A stretch of DNA of 32,000 nt from contig NZ_JQML01000001.1 of assembly GCF_000744705.1 (NCBI RefSeq), positions 2,768,017-2,800,016 of the forward strand, given 5' to 3'. A program made the position numbers and the translations under genes. Of this stretch, positions 7,501-16,716 are shown in pieces. The DNA comes from Streptacidiphilus albus JL83 (GTDB lineage: Bacteria; Actinomycetota; Actinomycetes; Streptomycetales; Streptomycetaceae). A model generated the notes under the pieces. That model worked only from the letters and a program-made list of their open reading frames with translations. It made no database searches and was not told the origin of the DNA. Numbering within the stretch: position 1 is the stretch's first letter; every line of letters starts with the position of its first letter.

Positions 7501-8652
7501 CTATTCGCGCCAGATCAGCAGTAGTGCCCGGTCGTCGTTGAGATCCTTGGCCACGCTCTCGATGAGCCGCCAGGCGGTGCCGGTGAAGGTCGACCCCATG
7601 AGCCGGTCGGCCTCTCCCATCAGCCGGTCCATGCCCTCGGTGAGGTCCCGCCCGGGGACCTCGACCATCCCGTCGGTGCAGAGCATCAGTACGTCCCCGT
7701 GGCGCATCCGGCCACGCAGCCCGTTGAACTTGGCGCCGTCGTAGATACCCAGCAACGGGCCCTCGGCCTCTTTGGTCTCCCAGTTGCCGTCGCCCATGCA
7801 GCGCTGCATCCCCGGCAGGTGACCGGCCGACAGCAGTTCGTACTCGCCGTTGTCCAGATCCAGGACCAGGTGGACGGCGCTCGCGAAGCCCTCGTCCCAC
7901 TCCTGGCGCAGCAGGTAGCCGTTGGCAGCGGGCAGGAACTCGTGCGGCGGCAGGGAGCCGAGCAGGCCGCCGAAGGCTCCGGAGAGCAGCAGGGCGCGGG
8001 AGCCGGCGTCCATGCCCTTGCCGGAGACGTCGGCGAGGACGGCCTCCAGCACCCGCTTGTCCTCGCCGGTGCGGGCGGCGACCAGGAAGTCCCCGGAGAA
8101 GGACTGGCCGCCGGCCGGGCGCAGCGCCATCTCGGCGTGCCAGCCCTCGGGCAGGCTCGGGATCTGGCTCTGCACCTTCAGTCGCTCGCGGAGGTCGAAC
8201 AGCATCGAGCCGCCGCCGCGCCAGGGCACGCCGACCCGGTTGCGGAGCTGGGCGAGGAACAGCCCGCCGGCGCCGACGGCTGTGACCACGATCACCGCGC
8301 CGGGGGTGAACTTGCCGTTGCCGCCCGGGCCGAGCACGACCGAGTCGACGCCCAGCGCGGTGGCGGCGACCGCGTACAGCAGCACCAGGCTGCCGGGGCG
8401 CAGCAGCAGCGCCCCGATGAGGACCGGCACCACCAGCGCGGTGGGCGGGCACCAGAGCGGGGCGAGCACGGTCATGACCGTCAGCAGCGGCATGACCAGC
8501 AGCAGGGCGACGAAGGGCAGCCAGTCGGAGGCGTCACCGCGGAAGTAGTCGACAGCGGATCGGCGCAGCTTTCGGCGGGCCCGGTAGAACGCTCTGCGCC
8601 CCCGTGCCGCGACTGGGTCCCGAGGCGGTCCCTCGGGCGGTCGGCCTGCCAT
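7501..8652 (-). CDS. Membrane-anchored PP2C/SpoIIE-family serine/threonine phosphatase
   Basis: 383 aa from the ATG at 8652 (MAGRPPEG...). Several N-terminal TM segments are followed by GGQSFSGDFLVAA...VLADVSGKGMDAG...LMLCTDGMVE, which are PP2C/SpoIIE-type motifs. The ORF-track extension to 9255 is Arg/Pro-rich and was rejected. Confidence 0.85.
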   Translation of the reverse strand: MAGRPPEGPPRDPVAARGRRAFYRARRKLRRSAVDYFRGDASDWLPFVALLLVMPLLTVMTVLAPLWCPPTALVVPVLIGALLLRPGSLVLLYAVAATALGVDSVVLGPGGNGKFTPGAVIVVTAVGAGGLFLAQLRNRVGVPWRGGGSMLFDLRERLKVQSQIPSLPEGWHAEMALRPAGGQSFSGDFLVAARTGEDKRVLEAVLADVSGKGMDAGSRALLLSGAFGGLLGSLPPHEFLPAANGYLLRQEWDEGFASAVHLVLDLDNGEYELLSAGHLPGMQRCMGDGNWETKEAEGPLLGIYDGAKFNGLRGRMRHGDVLMLCTDGMVEVPGRDLTEGMDRLMGEADRLMGSTFTGTAWRLIESVAKDLNDDRALLLIWRE

Positions 8653-9121
8653 GCTGGCTGACCCTACCGAGGGAAGGCGTCGCGCGTCGATGTCGGCGTC
8701 CGTGGCACCTGCGCCGCCCTTGCGAAGAAGTGTTCGTCCTGGCGGCGGGACTGTGGCGGGTGCGGGGCACGGCTGGACAGCCGTTCGCCCCGCCCGGGTC
8801 CTCGACCGGGTCCCCGGACGTCCGCGTCCCGCGTCCGGCCTCCGCTCCCGTGCCATCACCGATCTCCCCCCGAAGCCGTACTGCTGCCGGAGTGTCCCTC
8901 CGGCGGGAACCCCGAGTCCCCCGGGAACGAGTCCGGTGGCAGGAGCGTACCGAGCGGACCGGCTCACCGGGGCATCGCGCGACAATCGGCTGCGCCGGGC
9001 GCACGCCGGTGCTCCATGCAGCAGCGTACGGCGGATCCCCACGCGCCTCCCCCCACGACAGCACGCCCCCGACAGCACGCCCCCGAGGGCCGAGCAGCGG
9101 ACGGCGGTCGGCGGCGCGGGG

Positions 9122-9961
9122 TCAGTGCGGCAGGTTGTGCGGGGGTTGGCAGCGCGGGCACCAGAACAGGTTCCGGGAGGCGTGGGTCTCCTCGCGGACC
9201 GGCGTGCGACAGACCAGGCACGGGCGTCCGGCACGGCGGTAGACGTACACCTCACCGCCGTGGCGGTCCTCGCGCGGCGGACGGCCCATGGCCTCGGGGG
9301 TGTGCTCGGGCCGGACGGTGTCGATCCAGCCGTCCCGGACCCCGTCGCTCATCAGCGTCCGCAGGTCGTCCCAGATGGCGTCCCACTGGGCACGGGTGAG
9401 GGCGCGTCCGGGCAGGTGCGGGTCGATGCCCTGCCGGAACAGCACCTCGGCCCGGTAGATGTTGCCGACCCCGGCCAGCACCTTCTGGTCCATCAGCAGC
9501 ACCGCCACGGTGGCGCTGCTGCGGCTGACGCGCTGCCAGGCGGCGTCCGGCAGGTCGGCCAGGCGCAGTGGGTCGGGACCCAGCCGCTGGTGGATGTCCT
9601 TCTTCTCGAAGCTGCTGATCAACTCGCAGGTGGTCGGACCGCGCAGGTCGGACCAGCGGTCCTCGGCGGTGATCCGCAGCCGGATCTGGCCGACCGGCGC
9701 GGGCGCGGGGCCCTCGCCGAAGCGGACCTTGCCGTAGAGGCCGAGGTGGATGTGGATCCAGCCGGCCCGCTCCCCGGCCCAGTTGCGGAAGCCGAGGAAG
9801 AGGTGCTTGCCGTGCGACTCGGCCACGTCGAGGACGCAGCCGTCCAGGCGCGTCGCGGCGGGTGCGAACGGCCCCTGCGGGCTGCTGACATGCACCGACT
9901 CGCCACCGAATACCGTGCGGTACTGGGTGGCGAGTCGGTGGAGGGTGTGGCCTTCCGGCAT
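9122..9961 (-). CDS. nei: Fpg/Nei-family DNA glycosylase (endonuclease VIII-like)
   Basis: 279 aa starting MPEGHTLHR (catalytic Pro2/Glu3). It contains LMDQKVLAGVGNIYRAEVLF (H2TH) and a C-terminal zinc finger, CLVCRTPV...WCPRC. Confidence 0.9.
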   Translation of the reverse strand: MPEGHTLHRLATQYRTVFGGESVHVSSPQGPFAPAATRLDGCVLDVAESHGKHLFLGFRNWAGERAGWIHIHLGLYGKVRFGEGPAPAPVGQIRLRITAEDRWSDLRGPTTCELISSFEKKDIHQRLGPDPLRLADLPDAAWQRVSRSSATVAVLLMDQKVLAGVGNIYRAEVLFRQGIDPHLPGRALTRAQWDAIWDDLRTLMSDGVRDGWIDTVRPEHTPEAMGRPPREDRHGGEVYVYRRAGRPCLVCRTPVREETHASRNLFWCPRCQPPHNLPH

Positions 9962-10020
9962 CGTCGCTTCGTTCGGCTAGAGGGTCTCGGCGGCTCTCGG
10001 ACGGTCCGGCCGGGGCCGGG

Positions 10021-10509
10021 TCAGCCCTGCTGCGGGTGGTGAGCCGGGACCGGGGGCAGCTCGCCGGTGGTCTCGTACTCACTGATCATGTCGATGCGAC
10101 GGATGTGCCGCGGGTCCTCCGAGAAGGGGGTGCCGAGGAAGACCTCGACGAACTTGGTCGCCTCGTCCAGGCTGTGCATCCGCGCGCCGACGCTGATCAC
10201 GTTGGCGTTGTTGTGCTCACGACCCAGCTCGGCGGTCTCGACGCTCCAGGCCAGCGCCGCGCGGACGCCCTTGACCTTGTTGGCGGCGATGGCCTCGCCG
10301 TTGCCGGAGCCGCCGATCACGATGCCCAGCGCCTCGGGGTCGGCCGCGGTCCGCTCGGCGGCGCGGAGGATGAACGGGGGGTAGTCGTCCACCGCGTCGT
10401 AGATGTGCGGGCCGCAGTCGACCGGCTCGTGCCCGGCGTTGGTCAGCCACTGGACCAGGTGCTGCTTGAGTTCGTATCCGGCATGGTCGGATCCCAGGTA
10501 CACGCGCAT
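10021..10509 (-). CDS. rpiB: Ribose-5-phosphate isomerase B
   Basis: 162 aa starting MRVYLGSDHAGYELKQHL, with GIVIGGSGNGEAIAANKVKGVRAALAW. The start at 10509 was preferred over the ORF-track start at 10551. Confidence 0.92.
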   Translation of the reverse strand: MRVYLGSDHAGYELKQHLVQWLTNAGHEPVDCGPHIYDAVDDYPPFILRAAERTAADPEALGIVIGGSGNGEAIAANKVKGVRAALAWSVETAELGREHNNANVISVGARMHSLDEATKFVEVFLGTPFSEDPRHIRRIDMISEYETTGELPPVPAHHPQQG

Positions 10510-10577
10510 GGTCGTCAGTGTGGCACGCCCCGGTGACAGGCTGCGCGCCAACCCTCGCCGTCCGGCGGCCGAGTGGG

Positions 10578-11174
10578 TCAGCCCTTGCGGCCGACCAGCT
10601 TCCAGGCGGCCGGGAGCAGGCCCATCGCCAGCGCGATCTTCAGCGCGTCACCGATCAGGTACGGGTACAGGCCGAGCGAGGCCGCCTTGGCGAGCGAGAC
10701 GTGGACCGACGCGGCCAGGTAGGTGACGCCGACGGCGTAGATGGCGAGGTTGCCCAGGACCATCGTCCCCGCCGTGCGCAGCGCGCCGCGGTCGGCGCCG
10801 CGCCGGGCCAGCGCGCCGACGAGCGCGGCGGCGACGACGAAGCCGATGACATAGCCGAAGGTGGCGCCGGTGCCGGAGGTGCCCGAGGCGAACCAGGGCA
10901 TCCCGGCCAGGCCGGCCAGCAGGTACAGGGCCATCGAGGCGACGCCGCGCCGGGCGCCGAGGGCGGTGCCGACGAGCAGCACGGCGAGGGTCTGGCCGGT
11001 CACCGGAACGGGCGAACCGGGCACGGGCACCGCTATCTGCGCCGCGAGGCCGGTGAACGCGGCGCCGCCGACGACCAGGGCGACGTCCCGGGCGTAGCCG
11101 CGGGCCCGGGTGGAGGCGGGCACGAGGTCGGCGAGGACGGCACCGGGACGCAGGGAGGCAGTGGCGAGGCTCAT
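10578..11174 (-). CDS. bioY: Biotin transporter BioY (ECF S-component)
   Basis: 198 aa, polytopic. It contains PVPVTGQTLAVLLVG...GYVIGFVVAA...LGNLAIYAVGV, the typical BioY pattern. GGAGAAG lies upstream of the ATG. Confidence 0.85.
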   Translation of the reverse strand: MSLATASLRPGAVLADLVPASTRARGYARDVALVVGGAAFTGLAAQIAVPVPGSPVPVTGQTLAVLLVGTALGARRGVASMALYLLAGLAGMPWFASGTSGTGATFGYVIGFVVAAALVGALARRGADRGALRTAGTMVLGNLAIYAVGVTYLAASVHVSLAKAASLGLYPYLIGDALKIALAMGLLPAAWKLVGRKG

Positions 11175-11403
11175 GGGTCTTCTCCGCAGGGCAGGATCCG
11201 GCAGTGGGCGCCGGACGGGGACGGGCAGTGGGTACAGGCGGGCGGGGCGCCGGCGGGGGGCTCCAACAGTCGGGGTGGTGGCCTTGGCAGTGGGTCGGAC
11301 TGTGAACGCCTGTGAACCTATCGGCGAACCTAGTCACTGCGGGGCGCGTGCGCGTATGGCCTTCCCCACAAAAACCCAGGTCCCCGCCTTGGATGCTTAC
11401 GAC

Positions 11404-11447
11404 GTGGAGCCCGGAACCGACCGCTGGAGGTCGGCTCCGGGCTCCAC
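11404..11447 (-). terminator. Stem-loop downstream of the dsbA-like gene
   Basis: GTGGAGCCCGGAACCGAC, then the loop cgctggag, then GTCGGCTCCGGGCTCCAC. This gives 17 of 18 paired positions. It lies about 40 nt after the stop at 11486. Confidence 0.6.
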
Positions 11448-11485
11448 GCGTACCGGCAACCTGTGTACCGGCAGGGGCTCGACTA

Positions 11486-12124
11486 CTACTCGAAGCTGGG
11501 GCCCGCCTTGCGGGTGCGCTTGATCTCGTAGAAGCCGGGGGTGGACGCGACCAGCAGGGTGCCGTCCCAGAGCCGGGCGGCGGCCTCGCCGCGCGGGGTG
11601 GGGGTGACCACGGGGCCGAAGAAGGCGACCTGGTTGCCGTCGGCGCCGGGGACCGCGATCACCGGGGTGCCGACGTCCTCGCCGACCAGGGAGATGCCCG
11701 CCTGGTGGGAGGCGCGCAGCGCCTCGTCGTACTCCTTGGACTCGGCCGCGTCCGCGAGCTCGACCGGCAGGCCGGCCTCGGCCAGCGCGGACTCGAAGAC
11801 CTCGCGGGTCCGCGGCAGGTCCTGGTTGTGGAAGCGGGTGCCGAGCGCCGTGTAGAGCGGGCCGAGCACCTGCTCGCCGTGCGCCTGCGCGGCGGCGATG
11901 CAGATCCGGACCGGGCCCCAGGCCTCGTCCATCAGTGCGCGGTACTTCTCGGGGAGGTCGCGGCCCTCGTTGAGGACGGCGAGGCTCATCACGTGCCACC
12001 GGGTCTCGACCGGGCGCTGCTGCTCGACCTCCAGCATCCAGCGGGAGGTCATCCAGGCCCAGGGACAGAGCGGGTCGAACCAGAAGTCGGCGGGGGTGGG
12101 AGTGCTCTCTGCCGCAGCAGGCAT
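11486..12124 (-). CDS. DsbA-family thioredoxin-fold protein (Rv2466c-like position)
   Basis: 212 aa from the ATG at 12124, with GAGGAG upstream. The N-terminus is FWFDPLCPWAWMTSRW and carries a CPWA site with a single Cys. The gene diverges from pepN, as its counterpart does in mycobacteria. Confidence 0.75.
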   Translation of the reverse strand: MPAAAESTPTPADFWFDPLCPWAWMTSRWMLEVEQQRPVETRWHVMSLAVLNEGRDLPEKYRALMDEAWGPVRICIAAAQAHGEQVLGPLYTALGTRFHNQDLPRTREVFESALAEAGLPVELADAAESKEYDEALRASHQAGISLVGEDVGTPVIAVPGADGNQVAFFGPVVTPTPRGEAAARLWDGTLLVASTPGFYEIKRTRKAGPSFE

Positions 12125-12422
12125 GGGGAATCTCCTCGGAGGCGGAACGACGTACGCGGGGACGCGGAAGCGTCCCGACGCCTGCGGCAACATGCCCGCC
12201 CCGCAGTTCATTCCCGGTGCCGCGCGCCCGCTGCGCCCGCCCCGCGCCCCCGGTACGCCCGCAGTACGCCCGTGCCTTCGGCCGACGGAAAATTCGGTCG
12301 GCCGAATTGTCCGGTGGGCTGTGCCGTTGCCCCGTGAAAGGATGCGCGGGAATCAGCAGCACACGGTTGACCGTCCGCGCCCCTCACCCGGACGGACGAC
12401 GTCGAGGTTAGGGAGTAGCGCA

Positions 12423-15026
12423 GTGCCCGGGACCAATCTCACCCGCGACGAGGCCCGCGAGCGGGCCCGCATCCTCACGGTGGACAGCTACGACGTCCAG
12501 CTCGACCTGCGCTCTGCCGTCCTTCCCGTGGCGGAGGGACAGGGGGCCGGCCGGTTCGGCTCGCGCACCGTGCTGCGCTTCCGCTGCTCCGAGCCCGGCG
12601 CGGACAGCTTCGCCGACCTGCTCGCCCCCGCCGTCCGCAGCGTCGTCCTCAACGGCGTGGCGCTGGACCCGGCCGTGGTCTTCGACGGCTCCCGGGTCGC
12701 CCTGCCGGGGCTGGCCGAGACCAACGAGCTGGTCGTCGAGGCCGACTGCGCCTACAGCCGGAGCGGTGAGGGTCTGCACCGCTTCACCGACCCGGTCGAC
12801 GGCGAGACCTACCTCTACACCCAGTACGAGCCGGCCGACGCCCGCCGGGTCTTCGTGACCTTCGAACAGCCGGACCTCAAGGCCCCGTTCAGCTTCACGG
12901 TGACCGCCCCGGCGCACTGGGAGGTCTTCTCCAACTCCCCCGCCGGCGGTGACCCCGACGCCGTGGAGTCCGGGCTGACCTGGAGCTTCTCGCCGACGCC
13001 GCGGATCTCCAGCTACATCACCGCCGTCGTCGCCGGTCCGTACCACGTCGCCCGCGACCACTACAGCCGAGTGCTGGAGGACGGCCGCCGGCTGGAGATC
13101 CCGCTGGCCGCGATGTGCCGCAAGTCGCTGGCCAAGCACTTCGACTCGGACGAGATCTTCACCGTCACCAAGCAGGGCCTGGACTTCTTCCACCAGGAGT
13201 TCGACTACCCCTACCCCTTCGGCAAGTACGACCAGGCCTTCGTCCCCGAGTACAACATCGGCGCGATGGAGAACCCCGGCCTGGTCACCTTCCGCGAGGA
13301 GTACGTCTTCCGCTCCAAGGTGACCGAGGCCGCCTACGAGGGCCGCGCCAACGTCATCCTGCACGAGATGGCGCACATGTGGTTCGGCGACCTGGTCACC
13401 ATGCAGTGGTGGGACGACCTCTGGCTGAAGGAGTCCTTCGCGGACTTCATGGGCGCCTTCACCCAGGTCGCGGTGACCAAGTACGGCGCCGGCTGGATCA
13501 CCTTCGCCAACCGCCGCAAGGCCTGGGCCTACCGCCAGGACCAGCTGCCGACGACCCACCCGATCACCGCGGACATCCGCGACCTGGAGGACGCCAAGCT
13601 CAACTTCGACGGCATCACCTACGCCAAGGGCGCCTCGGTGCTCAAGCAGCTGGTGGCCTACGTCGGCCGGGACGCCTTCTTCGAGGGCGCGCGCCGCTAC
13701 TTCAAGCGCCACGCCTTCGGCAACACCACCCTGGCCGACCTGCTCGCCGTCCTCGCCGAGACCTCCGGGCGCGGCGCGGAGGCCATGGCCGAGTGGTCCC
13801 GCGCCTGGCTGGAGACGGCCGGCGTGAACGCGCTGACGCCGCAGCTGGTGACCGACGCCGAGGGCCTGATCACCGGCTTCGCGGTGCTGCAGGAGGCCGC
13901 CGAGAGCCACCCGACGCTGCGGCCCCATCGGGTGGCCATCGGCCTCTACGACCGCGACGAGGACGGCCGGCTGGTCCGCACCCACAAGGCCGAGCTGGAC
14001 GTCGCGGGCCCGCGCACCGAGGTCCCGGAACTGGTCGGGCTCGCCCGCCCGGCCCTGGTCCTGGTCAACGACGAGGACCTGACGTACTGCAAGATCCGCT
14101 TCGACGAGAACTCGCTGGCGACGCTGCGTGACGGCCTTGGCGACGTCGCCGACCCGCTCGCCCGCGCGCTGTCCTGGTCCGCGCTGTGGAACATGACCCG
14201 CGACGGGCTGATGCCGGCCCGCGACTACCTCGGCCTGGTGCTGCGCTTCTCCGGCCGGGAGAGCGACATCGGCGTCCTCCAGTCGCTGCACCAGCAGGCC
14301 AAGACCGCCCTGGACATGTACGTCACCCCGGAGCACCGGCCGGAGTGGGCCGCGCGGCTCGCCGAGGGCGCGCTGCGCGAGCTGCGCGCCGCCGCGCCCG
14401 GTGGCGACCACCAGCTGGCCTGGGCCCGGTTCCTGGCCCAGACGGCGACCTCCGAGGCCGACCTCCAGCTGGTCTCCGGACTGCTCGCGGGCACCGCCCG
14501 GATCGACGGCCTCGACGTCGACCAGGAGCTGCGCTGGGCGCTGCTGCACACGCTGGCCGCCGAGGACGTGGCCGGCGAGGAGGAACTGGCGGCGGAGCTG
14601 CGCCGGGACGACACCGCCAGCGGCAAGCGGCAGCTGACGGCCTGCCAGGCCGCCCGGCCGACGGCGGAGGCCAAGGCCGGCGCCTGGCACCGGGTCGTCG
14701 AGACCGACGAGCTGCCGAACGCCCTGGTGGAGGCCGAGATCAGCGGCTTCCAGCAGGCCGGTCAGCGCGACCTGGTCGCCCCCTACGCGGAGCCCTACTT
14801 CGAGGTGCTGGAGAAGGTCTGGGCCGAGCGCTCGATCGAGATCGCGATGCGGATCGTCAGCGGCCTCTTCCCGCGTCTGGTCACCACGGAGCGGACGCTG
14901 GAGCAGACCGACACGTGGCTCTCCGAGCACGAGGACGCGGCCCCGGCGCTGCGCCGCCTGGTCCTGGAGTGCCGCGACGACCTCGCCCGGGCCCTCCGCG
15001 CCCAGGCCAGCGACGCGGCCCACTGA
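12423..15026 (+). CDS. pepN: Aminopeptidase N, M1 family (copy 1)
   Basis: 867 aa from the GTG at 12423, with AGGGAG upstream. It carries the GAMEN motif and HEMAHMWFGD...WLKESFA (HExxH+E). The ORF-track extension to 11898 overlaps the divergent gene. Confidence 0.93.
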   Translation: MPGTNLTRDEARERARILTVDSYDVQLDLRSAVLPVAEGQGAGRFGSRTVLRFRCSEPGADSFADLLAPAVRSVVLNGVALDPAVVFDGSRVALPGLAETNELVVEADCAYSRSGEGLHRFTDPVDGETYLYTQYEPADARRVFVTFEQPDLKAPFSFTVTAPAHWEVFSNSPAGGDPDAVESGLTWSFSPTPRISSYITAVVAGPYHVARDHYSRVLEDGRRLEIPLAAMCRKSLAKHFDSDEIFTVTKQGLDFFHQEFDYPYPFGKYDQAFVPEYNIGAMENPGLVTFREEYVFRSKVTEAAYEGRANVILHEMAHMWFGDLVTMQWWDDLWLKESFADFMGAFTQVAVTKYGAGWITFANRRKAWAYRQDQLPTTHPITADIRDLEDAKLNFDGITYAKGASVLKQLVAYVGRDAFFEGARRYFKRHAFGNTTLADLLAVLAETSGRGAEAMAEWSRAWLETAGVNALTPQLVTDAEGLITGFAVLQEAAESHPTLRPHRVAIGLYDRDEDGRLVRTHKAELDVAGPRTEVPELVGLARPALVLVNDEDLTYCKIRFDENSLATLRDGLGDVADPLARALSWSALWNMTRDGLMPARDYLGLVLRFSGRESDIGVLQSLHQQAKTALDMYVTPEHRPEWAARLAEGALRELRAAAPGGDHQLAWARFLAQTATSEADLQLVSGLLAGTARIDGLDVDQELRWALLHTLAAEDVAGEEELAAELRRDDTASGKRQLTACQAARPTAEAKAGAWHRVVETDELPNALVEAEISGFQQAGQRDLVAPYAEPYFEVLEKVWAERSIEIAMRIVSGLFPRLVTTERTLEQTDTWLSEHEDAAPALRRLVLECRDDLARALRAQASDAAH

Positions 15027-15081
15027 GGGTCGCGCCGCGCACGGTCGAGTGACGTGCCGTCACCACGCTGGCGACGGCCCG

Positions 15082-16203
15082 TCACTCGGCTGATCCCTCG
15101 ACCACCCGCTCGGCTGCCGGCCCGGCGGACGGCCCGGCTGCACGCTCAGCCGTCAGTCCGGCTGCCGGCTCGGCTGCCGCCGGGGCGTAGCGGGCAGCCA
15201 ACGCGCGTGCAGTCTCGGCCATGCGGGCCCGAAGCTGCGGTGGTCCGAGAACCTCGACCTCCGTGCCCAGTCCGAGGAAGACCTCGTGGGCGTGGTCGAG
15301 GGACTCAATGGGCAGCACCGCACGGGTCCAGCCGTCCGGCTCGGCGGTACCGGTTTCGGCCAGCGCCCGGGCGACGGCTCCGGTGAGGCGGGACGCGGCG
15401 CGCGGGGAAACGCGGACCACCGCTTCGTCCGCGTACAGCCGGGCGTGGAAGTCCGCCTGCTGGCGCTGCCAGTAGTCGGCCAGGTCGAAATCCTCCGGAG
15501 GTTGGAACTCCTCCTCCCGGACCGTGAGTTCGAGGATCTGATCGACCCGGTAGGTACGGGCCCGCCGGTCCGCGTTGCGCTCCGGATCGCGTTCCTGCCT
15601 CTGCCTCTGCCTCTGCCCCTGCCCCTGCCCCTGCCCCGCGACCAGGTACCAACGGCCGGCCTTGAGCACCAGGCCGTACGGCTCCAGGCACCGGTCCACG
15701 TCGGTGGGCTCCTTCCAGCGCCGGTATCGGACGTCGAGCACCCGGCTGCGCCACACCGCGTCCGCGACCCGGGACAGCTGCGGGGTGTCGTCGTCCTCCG
15801 CGTACCAGCCGGGCGCGTCCAGGTGGAATCGGGAGCTCATCCGGTCCGCCTGCGCGCGCAGCTCGGGCGGGAGCGCCGCGCGCAGCTTGAGCTGGGCGCC
15901 TGCGAGGGCCGTGCCGAGCCCGAGCTCGGCGGCCGGCCCCGGGATGCCGGAGAGGAACAGCGCCTCCGCCTCGCCGGCGCTCAGCCCGGTCAGCCGAGTG
16001 CGGTAGCCGTCGAACAGCTGGTAGCCGCCGGAGTGCCCGGCATCTCCGTAAAGGGGTACGCCCGCCGCGTGCAGCGACTCGATGTCGCGGTACACGGTGC
16101 GGATCGACACCTCCAGCTGCTCAGCGAGTTGAGCGGCGGTCATCCGGCCCCGGGTCTGCAGCATCAGCAGGATCGACAGCAGACGGCTCGACTTCACTGA
16201 CAC
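15082..16203 (-). CDS. YafY-type HTH plus WYL-domain transcriptional regulator
   Basis: 373 aa. The N-terminus SRLLSILLMLQTRGRMTAAQLAEQLEVSIRTVYRDIESL is the HTH region, and GRWYLVAG...RTYRVDQI is the WYL core. The WYL core is interrupted by a GQ/RQ repeat. Confidence 0.85.
   Translation of the reverse strand: MSVKSSRLLSILLMLQTRGRMTAAQLAEQLEVSIRTVYRDIESLHAAGVPLYGDAGHSGGYQLFDGYRTRLTGLSAGEAEALFLSGIPGPAAELGLGTALAGAQLKLRAALPPELRAQADRMSSRFHLDAPGWYAEDDDTPQLSRVADAVWRSRVLDVRYRRWKEPTDVDRCLEPYGLVLKAGRWYLVAGQGQGQGQRQRQRQERDPERNADRRARTYRVDQILELTVREEEFQPPEDFDLADYWQRQQADFHARLYADEAVVRVSPRAASRLTGAVARALAETGTAEPDGWTRAVLPIESLDHAHEVFLGLGTEVEVLGPPQLRARMAETARALAARYAPAAAEPAAGLTAERAAGPSAGPAAERVVEGSAE
15595..15636. 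repeat. In-frame hexanucleotide microsatellite, (CTGCCT)3(CTGCCC)4
   Basis: Read directly from the sequence. On the minus strand it encodes GQGQGQGQRQRQRQ inside the WYL domain. Confidence 0.9.
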
Positions 16204-16221
16204 AAGATGTCAGTGAAGTCG
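16189..16221. promoter_or_regulatory. Perfect 14-bp inverted repeat spanning both divergent start codons (candidate operator)
   Basis: CGACTTCACTGACA, then caaga, then TGTCAGTGAAGTCG. The GTG of the WYL regulator (16203-16201) and the ATG at 16207 both lie inside it. Confidence 0.55.
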
Positions 16222-16716
16222 TCCTACGGTCCAGCCATGGCTTTCACGGAGAAATCGCTACTGGTGCTTCCACCGATCGAGGTGGGCGTTCGCCGGATCA
16301 AGCGCTACCACGTCAGCGGGGACCCGGCCGGCATCGAACCCGCAGTCGAGAAGGCGGCGTACGCGATCCTGCCCGAACTTCTGCCGGAGCCGGACGGCAC
16401 ACCGACTGCCTCCTTCGTCGTCCTCCACCGGGGAGGGGACGACGGCGCCTATCTGAACGTCTACAGCTGGGCGTGGGACAACGCCGTGCACTTCGCCGGG
16501 GCGGCGGCAGGCCAGCCGGTGCTGGGCTGCCCGGACACGGACCCGACGCACTTCGTCCGACTGGACGGGTCGCTGATCGGCTGTGTCTGGGAGCTTCCGC
16601 CGATCCTCCACGAACGTGACGCCTGGGTACGCCACATGCTCGTGCCCGACCGACCCGACCTGGCCGCATACCTCGCCGACTCGCTCGCCGAGGGCACGAC
16701 GGGAGACCGCGCATGA
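16207..16716 (+). CDS. Hypothetical protein, divergent from the WYL regulator
   Basis: 169-aa ORF with good GC3 bias. The alternative start at 16237 (MAFTEKS...) is equally plausible. No family recognised. Confidence 0.55.
   Translation: MSVKSSYGPAMAFTEKSLLVLPPIEVGVRRIKRYHVSGDPAGIEPAVEKAAYAILPELLPEPDGTPTASFVVLHRGGDDGAYLNVYSWAWDNAVHFAGAAAGQPVLGCPDTDPTHFVRLDGSLIGCVWELPPILHERDAWVRHMLVPDRPDLAAYLADSLAEGTTGDRA

Noticed and set aside
12408-15023. An 871-aa minus-strand ORF that covers all of pepN copy 1. The same pattern occurs at 26644-29055, opposite pepN copy 2.
   Set aside because: These are antisense shadow ORFs typical of high-GC DNA. The products are Gly/Arg/Pro/Val/Asp-rich with no motifs, whereas the plus strand carries unmistakable GAMEN and HExxH+E aminopeptidase signatures.
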